A program made the position numbers and the translations under genes. From Acidobacteriota bacterium (lineage in GTDB: Bacteria > Acidobacteriota > Vicinamibacteria > Vicinamibacterales > SCN-69-37): a stretch of DNA of 63,353 bases. Location: assembly GCA_013203475.1 (NCBI GenBank), contig JABMNV010000137.1:1-63353 (forward strand). Direction: 5' to 3'. Each line of letters begins with the position of its first letter. Position 1 is the stretch's first letter. This document shows positions 37,616 to 46,123 of the stretch, one piece after another. Below the pieces are notes generated by a model, which was not told where the DNA came from, ran no database searches, and was given only the letters and a program-made list of their open reading frames with translations.

Positions 37616-39217
37616 TCAACTGGTAACTTGCCCGAAGTCCTGCCAGATCTGCTGGATCACTTTCGGGTCGACCACGACGGTGTCTGCCTTGTTCGTGTCC
37701 TTTTCTGAGAACAATTCGAGCGTGACGGTCGGGCAGGTCGGTGTCAGCGCGCCAGGGTCAAAGGCGTAGAAGCCTTCGACGAGCAGGTCACTGCCGGACA
37801 CGGGATGCTCGAGTTTGAACGGATGCACGGGCACGATCTCGGCGTCGCCGCACAGCACCCGCATCGACGCGAAGTCTGGCTTGAGGCGTTTGATCGACGG
37901 AATCGCCATGCCCACGGTCGACGCCGCCCCGCGCGCCACCTTGGCCCAGAATCCCTCGACAAGTTTCGGTGTGACGCGAATCATGAGCACAGGCGGCGCC
38001 GAGTCGACGTACTCGGTCCAGTTGCTGAAGTTGGAACGCAGGCGCTCCATGATGTCGTTGGAATCGGACCGTCCCTGGAGTGCCGCGAGCTGGACCGGCG
38101 TGATAAACGCGATGTCGAAGTCGGACGTCGACATTTGGTAGAAACCCGGGCTCGTGGCAGGAGCTGGCACATCAGCCGCGGTCGGACCAGCCGGGACTGG
38201 CTGCAGTAACTCGACAGGAAGATGTGTGGCCGAGGGTGGCGGGGTCATTGAGATCTTCTCAGTCTGTAACGCGATGAGCCCACACACACGCCCGACGGGC
38301 ACGATGCGTATGCCCTCAGGTCTCCGGCCGTCACGCTCTGGGACCATGGTCGTGAGGCCGATCAGCCGACCGTCGGACCCAAACGCTGGTCCACCCGTAC
38401 CGCCAGTACTTGATCGCAGGTCGGTGTCGAGCACGTTCGTCAGGATGCGTTCGATCGATCCCGTGTTCGCGCCCCGCAGCCGACCAAGCGGCGCCTCGAG
38501 CGCAACAACCGCCTCGTCGACGGCCAGCGGCGTGGCGGGCGTGTCGCACACAAGCGGCAACGTCTTCACCGACGCGGCAATCGTGGGACTGATGCGGATC
38601 AGGGCCACGCCCCGCCTCACATCAGATGCGATGACGGTGCCTGCCACCTTGACACTGGGCGACAGTTGCACCTCGACCGACGTCGCAGTGCCGATGACCT
38701 GCTGGTCGGCAACCACGAGTCCATCTAAATCGACCAGAAAACCCGACCCATGGGCCGTCGCCGTCCAGATCGCCACAAGACTGTTCTGCCACTCAGCCAA
38801 CAGCGAAGAAGGGGCCGCCTCGAGCGGCGCCAAGGCCGACGTTGCCGCATCGGTCATGGGGACGACCTCGGCGTTGTCGCTCGTCAACTCAAGCACAACG
38901 TCGCGGCCGTCGACGATGTCCACGAAGAGGGTCCACTGGTAGGCCTTGCCCTCGAGCGCCACCGGTTGGTCTGACTCCACGGTGTACGTCCCCGGGGCCA
39001 ACCGCACATCGACGACGCCTTCAAGCGAGGTGAGGACTCGGCGGGGAATGGCGCTCGGCGGATTGTCGCTAATCAGCAGGGCATATCGCGGCACTGGCGT
39101 CACTTGTTGATTACCGTCAACGAGCGCAACCGTGATGTGAAGGACACCGCGCAACTGGGCGGCGTCAGTGTGCGGGGCCATCATGACGAGGATGGCCAGA
39201 ACCAGTCCGCGGAACAT
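37616..39217 (-). CDS. Exported protein with degenerate trypsin-like (S1C) domain
   Basis: GSGFLV, VVADQQV, GVALIRI, GGTGGP...GRLIGL; N-terminal LAPGTYTVE beta domain. Confidence 0.7.
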   Translation of the reverse strand: MFRGLVLAILVMMAPHTDAAQLRGVLHITVALVDGNQQVTPVPRYALLISDNPPSAIPRRVLTSLEGVVDVRLAPGTYTVESDQPVALEGKAYQWTLFVDIVDGRDVVLELTSDNAEVVPMTDAATSALAPLEAAPSSLLAEWQNSLVAIWTATAHGSGFLVDLDGLVVADQQVIGTATSVEVQLSPSVKVAGTVIASDVRRGVALIRISPTIAASVKTLPLVCDTPATPLAVDEAVVALEAPLGRLRGANTGSIERILTNVLDTDLRSSTGGTGGPAFGSDGRLIGLTTMVPERDGRRPEGIRIVPVGRVCGLIALQTEKISMTPPPSATHLPVELLQPVPAGPTAADVPAPATSPGFYQMSTSDFDIAFITPVQLAALQGRSDSNDIMERLRSNFSNWTEYVDSAPPVLMIRVTPKLVEGFWAKVARGAASTVGMAIPSIKRLKPDFASMRVLCGDAEIVPVHPFKLEHPVSGSDLLVEGFYAFDPGALTPTCPTVTLELFSEKDTNKADTVVVDPKVIQQIWQDFGQVTS

Positions 39218-39418
39218 ACCGCGATCCTCGTCGTGTGCCGGGTAGATGTCAAACGTCTGCGCCAGCTGTGGCGGCGGCTACGTCACGACCACGCGCGCCT
39301 CGCCGTGCTTGAGGTCCGGCCGGCGCCAACAGATGAACTCACACCTCGCTTCGTTCACTGCCTGAATCGTCGAACGAAGCGGCCGATCGGTTCAATGCGA
39401 TAAGACGCCGGCGAGCTA

Positions 39419-40285
39419 TTACCGACACATCCCGGGATTGGACTTGGTGAAATAGCCCTTGAAGTTCGTCGCCTTCGGATCGGTGCAGCCTTCAAGATTC
39501 ACCAGTTCGATCTTGCGAAAATCGGTTGGGGCCGTTTCAGACTGAATGGTGATGAAGCCCTGCTGCAGCAGCGTGCCATCGATCTTGACGGCCGGATCGG
39601 TCGGAGACGCATTGCCGCCACCGATCTGGGGTTTCGAGTATTCAAGAACTGTCTGGCCATTGACGATGTGGCGGATGACCTCGTCGCCCTGCACCAGCAC
39701 TTCAACGCGGACCCAGGTGTCGCCGTCGAAAGTCGGCGCCTTCGCGGTGATGCAGTGAGCGGTCCGTAGTTCCCCGCCCATCACCACATGGGTACCTGGG
39801 GTGCACAGGTTCGCGGTCGGACGTACGGCTCCGGTTCCTGGGCCGCCCAGCAGTTGCACTTCGATCGAGATGGGGAAATCCTGGTCGAGTGTCATGGTGG
39901 CCGGGTCTTGCGCGTGCAACATCAGACCGTTGTTGCGCACAGCCCATCCAAGACGGGACGCTGGCAGCTGCTCGCCAACGAAACGGTATTCGGCGGCAAT
40001 GAGATAGTGCGAATAGGGCTCCTTGTAGAAGAGGTGACCGAACTCACCGTTGAAATCGGTCCACTTGTCGTAGCGCACCTTCAGCAGGCCGTCTTCAACA
40101 CGAAACGTGTTATGCAGATTGACGTTGAGCGGGTGGTGCGAGAACTTGGGCGTCCACCCGGTCAAATCCTTGCCGTTGAACAGCTGGACCCACTCGAACT
40201 GGGGAGACTGACTGGCCGTGGCCGCGACGCCAGAGACCAGCCCTGCTCCGATCGCAATGACGGCAAACGCAAGGGTCTTTCGCAT
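39419..40285 (-). CDS. DUF1080 protein (3-keto-disaccharide hydrolase family)
   Basis: WVQLFNGKDLTGW, NNG, IEVQL, GFITIQSE..FRKIEL; signal peptide. Confidence 0.88.
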   Translation of the reverse strand: MRKTLAFAVIAIGAGLVSGVAATASQSPQFEWVQLFNGKDLTGWTPKFSHHPLNVNLHNTFRVEDGLLKVRYDKWTDFNGEFGHLFYKEPYSHYLIAAEYRFVGEQLPASRLGWAVRNNGLMLHAQDPATMTLDQDFPISIEVQLLGGPGTGAVRPTANLCTPGTHVVMGGELRTAHCITAKAPTFDGDTWVRVEVLVQGDEVIRHIVNGQTVLEYSKPQIGGGNASPTDPAVKIDGTLLQQGFITIQSETAPTDFRKIELVNLEGCTDPKATNFKGYFTKSNPGMCR

Positions 40286-40294
40286 GCCGAGAGG

Positions 40295-41320
40295 TTACCG
40301 CAGTGGCGCGGTGAGGCCAACGGGCATTCCGAGGTGAATCAAGGCCTCTGGAAATCGGGCTCTCAGCGTCGCGAGGCCGCGTTCACCGATCACGGTCGCC
40401 GCCGTCGCCAGGGCGTCAGCGGTGGCGCCGTCGGGGGCAATCACGTGCGCAGTCACGCTGGTGGTGAGGGCCTGCCCGGTGCGCGGGTCCACCACATGGG
40501 AATAGCGGATGCCATCGATCTCGACGAACTGCACAGAGGCGCCCGACGTCGCCAGGGCCGCGTTGGAGAGGGTGGCGGCGCGACGGAACAATCCGCCGCT
40601 GATTCCTGATGTGCCATCACCGCCAGACTGCGTGCTGGCGGGAATCTCGATGCGCCACCCGGCACGGCCGGGTGGCGCATCGCCCACGACGATGTCACCG
40701 CCCGCTTCGATGAGAGCGGAGCGGACGCCGACGCTGCGAAGCGTGTCGAGCGCAGCCTGCAGGATGTATCCTTTGCCGAGGCCGCCCAGGTCGATGCGCA
40801 TGCCAGACACGGGCAGGCGCATCGAGACACGGGCCGCGTCGAGTTCGACGCGGCGCCAACCGACCAACGCGCGGGCGCGCGCGATGGCCGCAGGCGGCGG
40901 CAGACGACTGGTGGCGCGGGCATCGCGCCACAGTTCCACCAGGGGCGCGACAGTGGGGTCGAACGCGCCGTCGGTGGCCCGCGCGATCTCGATCGCGCGG
41001 GTGACGGCACGAAAGACGTCTGGCGCCACCGGCACAGCCGCTGGCGCCCGACGCGCGACTTCGCGGATGTCGCTGTCGGGACGATAGTCGCTCATCGCGC
41101 GGTCAAGCTCACCGATTCGCGCAAATGCGGCTGTCGCGGCGCGCATGGCAGACGTTTCGTCGGCGGCGTACAACACAATTCGCACGGGAATCCCCATGTG
41201 GACCTGTGTATATTCAAACGCGGAAGACGACTCGACCCAGGGAGCCGCATGCAGCACTGCACTGACCACCACCGCCAAAGCGCCGAACCGCACCTGCCAC
41301 TGACCGGGCATGTCGCTCAT
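40295..41320 (-). CDS. apbE: FAD:protein FMN transferase
   Basis: HMG, GAFDPTV, IDLGGLGKGY, GGDI, ATSG, YSHVVDPRTG, ADALAT; start at 41320 or 41311. Confidence 0.9.
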   Translation of the reverse strand: MSDMPGQWQVRFGALAVVVSAVLHAAPWVESSSAFEYTQVHMGIPVRIVLYAADETSAMRAATAAFARIGELDRAMSDYRPDSDIREVARRAPAAVPVAPDVFRAVTRAIEIARATDGAFDPTVAPLVELWRDARATSRLPPPAAIARARALVGWRRVELDAARVSMRLPVSGMRIDLGGLGKGYILQAALDTLRSVGVRSALIEAGGDIVVGDAPPGRAGWRIEIPASTQSGGDGTSGISGGLFRRAATLSNAALATSGASVQFVEIDGIRYSHVVDPRTGQALTTSVTAHVIAPDGATADALATAATVIGERGLATLRARFPEALIHLGMPVGLTAPLR

Positions 41321-41356
41321 TCTCCTGAAGCCGCCAGAACCGCCAGATTCGCGTGC

Positions 41357-42127
41357 ATGGCAGCCGGGATTGCGACGGTTGCGTCCCTCGCTGCCGCGCC
41401 GCAAGCGCCAGACTACCGCGAAACGATTCCGGGCACGACCGTGAGCTTCGACATGGTCCATGTGCCAGCGGGGACCGTGGTCGTCAATGACAAGTCCGTC
41501 ACCATCGCCCCGTTCTATGTCGGAAAGACCGAGGTGACCTGGGACATGTACGACGTGTTTGCCCTCGGCCTCGACACGCCGGCTACCCGACCAGAGGGCA
41601 CCGACGCCATCGCCCGACCATCGAACCCCTACGGGGCGCCTGACTACGGCTGGGGCCACTCGGGATATCCGGTGATCAGCGTCACTCGACAAGCGGCCGA
41701 GGCCTACACAACGTGGCTTTCGCAGAAGACCGGTCGGGTGTATCGTCTCCCTACTGAAGCTGAGTGGTTCCACATGGCCGAGTTGGGCAAGGGTACGGAT
41801 GACCTGGCTGCAGATCGTCTTGAGGCACTGGCATGGCACCGCGACAACGGCTCGTCGCGCACGCATCAGGTGGGGACCAAGACCCCCGATCGCCTCGGGT
41901 TGTTCGACTTGTTCGGTAACGCAGCGGAGTGGGTCATGACCCAGGACGGCTCGCTTGTCACCCGAGGTGGATCGTTCCGCGATGACCCGGCCGTCGTCTC
42001 GGGTCCGGCGCGGGCGGCTCAGGACGAATCCTGGAACGAACGTGACCCGCAGCTCCCCAAGAGCCGCTGGTGGTTGTCCGACGGACCATTCGTCGGTTTT
42101 CGGTTGGTGAGAGAAATCAAGGAGTGA
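41357..42127 (+). CDS. SUMF1/FGE-sulfatase-fold protein
   Basis: KTEVTWD, YRLPTEAEW, GLFDLFGNAAEW, RGGSF, VGFRLVR. Lacks the CxxxxC catalytic pair of true FGE. Start uncertain. Confidence 0.82.
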   Translation: MAAGIATVASLAAAPQAPDYRETIPGTTVSFDMVHVPAGTVVVNDKSVTIAPFYVGKTEVTWDMYDVFALGLDTPATRPEGTDAIARPSNPYGAPDYGWGHSGYPVISVTRQAAEAYTTWLSQKTGRVYRLPTEAEWFHMAELGKGTDDLAADRLEALAWHRDNGSSRTHQVGTKTPDRLGLFDLFGNAAEWVMTQDGSLVTRGGSFRDDPAVVSGPARAAQDESWNERDPQLPKSRWWLSDGPFVGFRLVREIKE

Positions 42128-42134
42128 GATTCCA

Positions 42135-43442
42135 ATGACTGAGACACGCATCCCACCTGTTTCGCGTCGCACGTTCATCCAGACCACGACGGCTGCGGCT
42201 GCGGCCATGGCCTGGCCCGGCGGCGTGCACATCTTTGGTCAGGACATCATTCGGATTGGCCTCATCGGCTGCGGTGGACGCGGCACCGGAGCGGCCGGTG
42301 ACTGCATGCGCGGAGCCGAGGGCGTGGAGCTGGTTGCGCTCGGTGACCTCGCCCCTGATCGCCTGGCGCAGTGCCGGGCTCAGCTCGACAAGCTCGCGGC
42401 CTCGAATCCAGCGGTCGCGGCGAAGCTCAAGGTGACTGACGAACGGTGCTTCACCGGCTTCGATGCGTATAAGAAGGTTCTGGCAGCTGATGTCGACCTG
42501 GTCATCCTGGCGACGCCTCCCGGCTATCGTCCGACACATCTGGCGGCCGCCGTGGACGCGGGCAAGCACGTGTTCTCTGAGAAACCCGTCGCCGTTGATG
42601 CGGCTGGCATCCGTTCCGTGCTCGCCACCTACGAACGTGCGCGCGCCAAGAATCTGGGTATCGGCGTGGGCACGCAGCGACGACATCAGGCCGATTACAT
42701 GGAGACCATCGCCCGTCTGCAGGATGGGACCATTGGCGACATCATGTCGGGCCAGGTCTTCTGGAATCAGGGTGGCCTGTGGTCGCGCGATCGCAAGCCC
42801 GAGTGGACCGATGCCGAGTGGCAGATTCGCAACTGGCTCTACTTCACGTGGCTGTCGGGCGATCACATCGTGGAGCAGCACGTCCACAATCTGGATGTCG
42901 CCAACTGGGTGCTCGGCGCGCATCCGGTGAAGGCTACCGGCGTGGGCGGACGCCAGTTCCGCACCGAAGCGAAGTACGGACACATTTACGATCACTTCGC
43001 CGTGGACTACGAATACGCCAACGGCGCGCGCATCCTGAGCATGTGCCGCCAGATTCCCGGCTCCGCCAATCGCGTCGGCGAATGGTTCATTGGCACGAAG
43101 GGTCAGTCGGACGCGTCGAGCAAGATCCTCGGCGAAGCTGCGTGGACCTACACCCAGCCAGAACGTCGGCCCAACGGCTACGTGCAGGAGCACACGGACC
43201 TGGTCGCCAGCATTCGCTCAGGCAACCCCTACAACGAATTGAAGCAGGTGGCCGAGAGCACGATGACGGCCATCATGGGGCGCGAGGCCGCCTATACGGG
43301 CCAGGAGATGACTTGGGACGGCGTCCTGAATGCCCAGCAGGATCTGACACCGCCCGTCGGCGCCACGGCGTATGGCCCGATGACGGTGCCCCCGGTGCCG
43401 ATGCCGGGACGAACCAAACTCGACCGCACGTGGAACGAGTAG
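42135..43442 (+). CDS. Tat-exported Gfo/Idh/MocA oxidoreductase
   Basis: SRRTFI, GLIGCGGRGTGA, EKP, GTQRRH, SGDHIVEQHVHNLD. Confidence 0.92.
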   Translation: MTETRIPPVSRRTFIQTTTAAAAAMAWPGGVHIFGQDIIRIGLIGCGGRGTGAAGDCMRGAEGVELVALGDLAPDRLAQCRAQLDKLAASNPAVAAKLKVTDERCFTGFDAYKKVLAADVDLVILATPPGYRPTHLAAAVDAGKHVFSEKPVAVDAAGIRSVLATYERARAKNLGIGVGTQRRHQADYMETIARLQDGTIGDIMSGQVFWNQGGLWSRDRKPEWTDAEWQIRNWLYFTWLSGDHIVEQHVHNLDVANWVLGAHPVKATGVGGRQFRTEAKYGHIYDHFAVDYEYANGARILSMCRQIPGSANRVGEWFIGTKGQSDASSKILGEAAWTYTQPERRPNGYVQEHTDLVASIRSGNPYNELKQVAESTMTAIMGREAAYTGQEMTWDGVLNAQQDLTPPVGATAYGPMTVPPVPMPGRTKLDRTWNE

Positions 43443-43446
43443 CGCC

Positions 43447-44370
43447 ATGTGGAACCGACGCCAGTTTCTCAGATCGGCAGGGTTGGCCAGTGCGGGTGTC
43501 GCACTGGCCGGTCGCCACGCGCTTCCGCCCGTGTTCGCACAGGCGGCCCGCACGTTCCGTCTGAACTATGCCCCTCACTTCGGCATGTTCCGCCAACACG
43601 CCGGCACCGACGTGGTGGCGCAGTTGGAATTCATGGCAGCCGAAGGCTTCACGGCGCTGGAGGACAACGGCATGCGCGGCCGCCCGATCGAAGAACAGGA
43701 ACGCATCGGCAGCACGATGGCGCGCCTCAACATGCGCATGGGCGTCTTCGTGGCTCACACGATCAACTGGACCGAACCGACGCTGACCTCATCCGCCCCT
43801 GAGCATCGAGAGACGTTCCTCCGTGAAATTCGCGAGTCAATCGACGTCGCCACACGCGTAGGAGCCACGTGGATGACCGTGGTGCCCGGCCACGTCGAGA
43901 AGCGGACGCACATCGACTATCAAACCGCGCGCGTGATCGAGACCCTGAGAGAAGCGGCCGCGTTGCTCGAACCGCAGGGTCTGGTGATGGTGCTCGAGCC
44001 GCTCAACACGCTAAGGAATCACCCAGGGATGTTCCTCACGTCGACCCCACAAGCCCACCTGGTCTGCCGAGCCGTCAACAGCCCATCATGCAAGATCCTG
44101 TTCGACATCTACCATCAGCAGATCACCGAAGGGAATCTGATTCCGAACATCGATACGGCGTGGGATGAGATTGCGTACTTCCAGGTGGGCGACAACCCTG
44201 GACGCAACGAGCCAGGCACGGGGGAAATCAACTATCGCAATGTGTTCAAGCACATCCACGGCAAGGGCTTCACCGGCATCGTCGGCATGGAGCACGGCAA
44301 CTCGGTTCGTGGACGTGATGGAGAGCGCGCCGTGATCGACGCCTACGTCGAAGCCGATTCCTGGACGTGA
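43447..44370 (+). CDS. Tat-exported TIM-barrel isomerase (Hyi / AP endonuclease 2 fold)
   Basis: NRRQFL, LEPLN, LFDIYHQQITEG, DNPGRNEPGTGEINY, GMEH. Confidence 0.88.
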   Translation: MWNRRQFLRSAGLASAGVALAGRHALPPVFAQAARTFRLNYAPHFGMFRQHAGTDVVAQLEFMAAEGFTALEDNGMRGRPIEEQERIGSTMARLNMRMGVFVAHTINWTEPTLTSSAPEHRETFLREIRESIDVATRVGATWMTVVPGHVEKRTHIDYQTARVIETLREAAALLEPQGLVMVLEPLNTLRNHPGMFLTSTPQAHLVCRAVNSPSCKILFDIYHQQITEGNLIPNIDTAWDEIAYFQVGDNPGRNEPGTGEINYRNVFKHIHGKGFTGIVGMEHGNSVRGRDGERAVIDAYVEADSWT

Positions 44371-44441
44371 TAAGTACGTAGCGCGGTGTCATGAGTCGCA
44401 GTCGGTAGTCGATCGCAAAACGACTATACTCCGCGCACTCC

Positions 44442-45503
44442 ATGCCGACAGTCCCTGCTGCCCCCTTCGCCTCTACTCGGCCGACGTTGCGGCGGTCCAT
44501 GACCCAGTTCGAGTTCTTCGCGTTGGCGTTTGGCTCGATGATTGGTGTGGGGTGGGTGACCGCCGTCGGCGGGTGGCTGGATCAAGCCGGTCCGGTTGGT
44601 GCGATTGTCGCCTTCGTGCTCGGCGGCGCGATTATGCTCTGCATCGGCCTGTGTTATGCCGAAGCGACGCCCATGCTTCCGGTGGCTGGTGGCGAGGTTG
44701 CCTACGCCTACCTTGCGTTCGGTCCATTCAAATCGTTCGTCGTCGGCTGGTCGCTCGCCTTTGGCTACATTTCTATTTCGGGCTTCGAGGCAATCTCGAT
44801 CAGCAAGGTGCTGGGCTACATGTTCCCCGACTCGAACTGGTGGCTGCTCTATCACGTGGCTGGCGACCCCGTGTATGGCTCACACCTGGCGCTCGGCCTC
44901 ATCTGCACAGGACTCATCACCTGGCTGCACTACCGGGGCGTGGATGGTTAATCTGGTGCTGTCAGCCGCCCTGCTGGGGTTGGTCACAGTTGGAACGGAT
45001 TCTTTCTTGCCGGTTCGCGCGTGCTGTTCTCACTGGGCCGTGGTCGCTTGATTCCAGCCGGGTTCGGTGACACCCATCCGTCGCACGGCACGCCCCATCG
45101 GGCCGTGCTGCTGACCGGTCTATTGACGCTACTGGCACCGCTCATGGGCAGGCAGGCCCTGCTGTCGTTCGTCAACGCCGGATCGTTGTGCATCGGCATC
45201 GCGTTCCTTGGCGTGGCACTGTCGGTCATGACCCTCCGCCGCAGCCATCCGAATCTGGCCCGCCCATTCAAGCTGCCGGGCGGCCGCGTGATTCCTAGCC
45301 TCGCCGCAGCGGGGTCCGTGTTCCTGCTCGCCGTCATGGTGTGGCCCGGCAGCCCCGCGGCGCTATCGTGGCCACGTGAGTTCGTGATCGTGGGAGTACT
45401 GGCCGTACTGGGAGCCTGGCTCTGGATCGGCGGCCACCGATCGCGGGCCCAGGTGACTGAGGCGGAGAGGGCGTTTCTGATCCTCGAACACTTTGGCGAT
45501 TGA
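44442..45503 (+). pseudogene. APC-family amino-acid permease, internal deletion plus 1-bp frameshift
   Basis: FGSMIGVGW, AGGEVAY to HYRGV; jump near 44940 to WMVNLVLSAALLGLVT; second shift near 44986 to SWNGFFLAGSRVLFSLGR...HGTP...RPFKLPG. Confidence 0.85.
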
Positions 45504-45508
45504 ATCGT

Positions 45509-46072
45509 CTATTTTCGCATCGACGGAATATATTGCCAAGCCGCCGACGAGTCGATGACGATCTGGAGCCGACAACGCCGGGTGACATCGCGTTTTGCGC
45601 TCATGACCCAGTGCGTTGACGTGCGTCGGTACCCGGGTGGGGTGCGCTGGTAGTACGTCCAGGCTGCGGGGTGCTTCCGAAACGCTTCCAGGAACTCAGG
45701 TGGCAGCCCGCCCGTCTTGGTCTCGAACGAATGCCTCACTTCGCTTTCGGTGTGCCGGTCACACCAAGCCGCCTCTCCACGCGCCGTGACGCGTCCGTGC
45801 GCCATCAGTTCCTGGTAGCGCTTGAGATTGATGGCACTCCAGATGCTCCTGGGCCGACGAGGTGTGAAACGCACGATGAACGAGTCGTCATCGTGGGCAC
45901 GTCGAACCCCATCAATCCAACCGGCACACAGTGCCTGGTCGAGAGCCTCCTGGTAGGTCATCCCCTGGCCTGCGGCATGTTTCTTGAACAACCGGACGGT
46001 CAACTCGTCCTTGATGGAGCCATTCTTGGCTAGCCAACCCCGGAACAACACTGCGTTCTTGAAGGTCCTCAC
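45509..46072 (-). CDS. YdeI/OmpD-associated family protein
   Basis: YQEALDQALCAGWIDG, RFTPRRPRSIWSAIN, WVMSAKR..TR..RL. Confidence 0.85.
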   Translation of the reverse strand: MRTFKNAVLFRGWLAKNGSIKDELTVRLFKKHAAGQGMTYQEALDQALCAGWIDGVRRAHDDDSFIVRFTPRRPRSIWSAINLKRYQELMAHGRVTARGEAAWCDRHTESEVRHSFETKTGGLPPEFLEAFRKHPAAWTYYQRTPPGYRRTSTHWVMSAKRDVTRRCRLQIVIDSSAAWQYIPSMRK

Positions 46073-46101
46073 AGGGGTATTGTGCTACGTGTTTATCGAT
46101 A

Positions 46102-46117
46102 ATCTGAAATTTCAGAT
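46102..46117. promoter_or_regulatory. Perfect 16-bp AT-rich palindrome, candidate operator
   Basis: ATCTGAAATTTCAGAT lies at the expected -35 position of the ydeI-like gene. Confidence 0.4.
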
Positions 46118-46123
46118 CTGACT

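Noticed and set aside
41321-42232. 645-aa extended ApbE
   Set aside because: The extension is the antisense of the FGE-fold gene.
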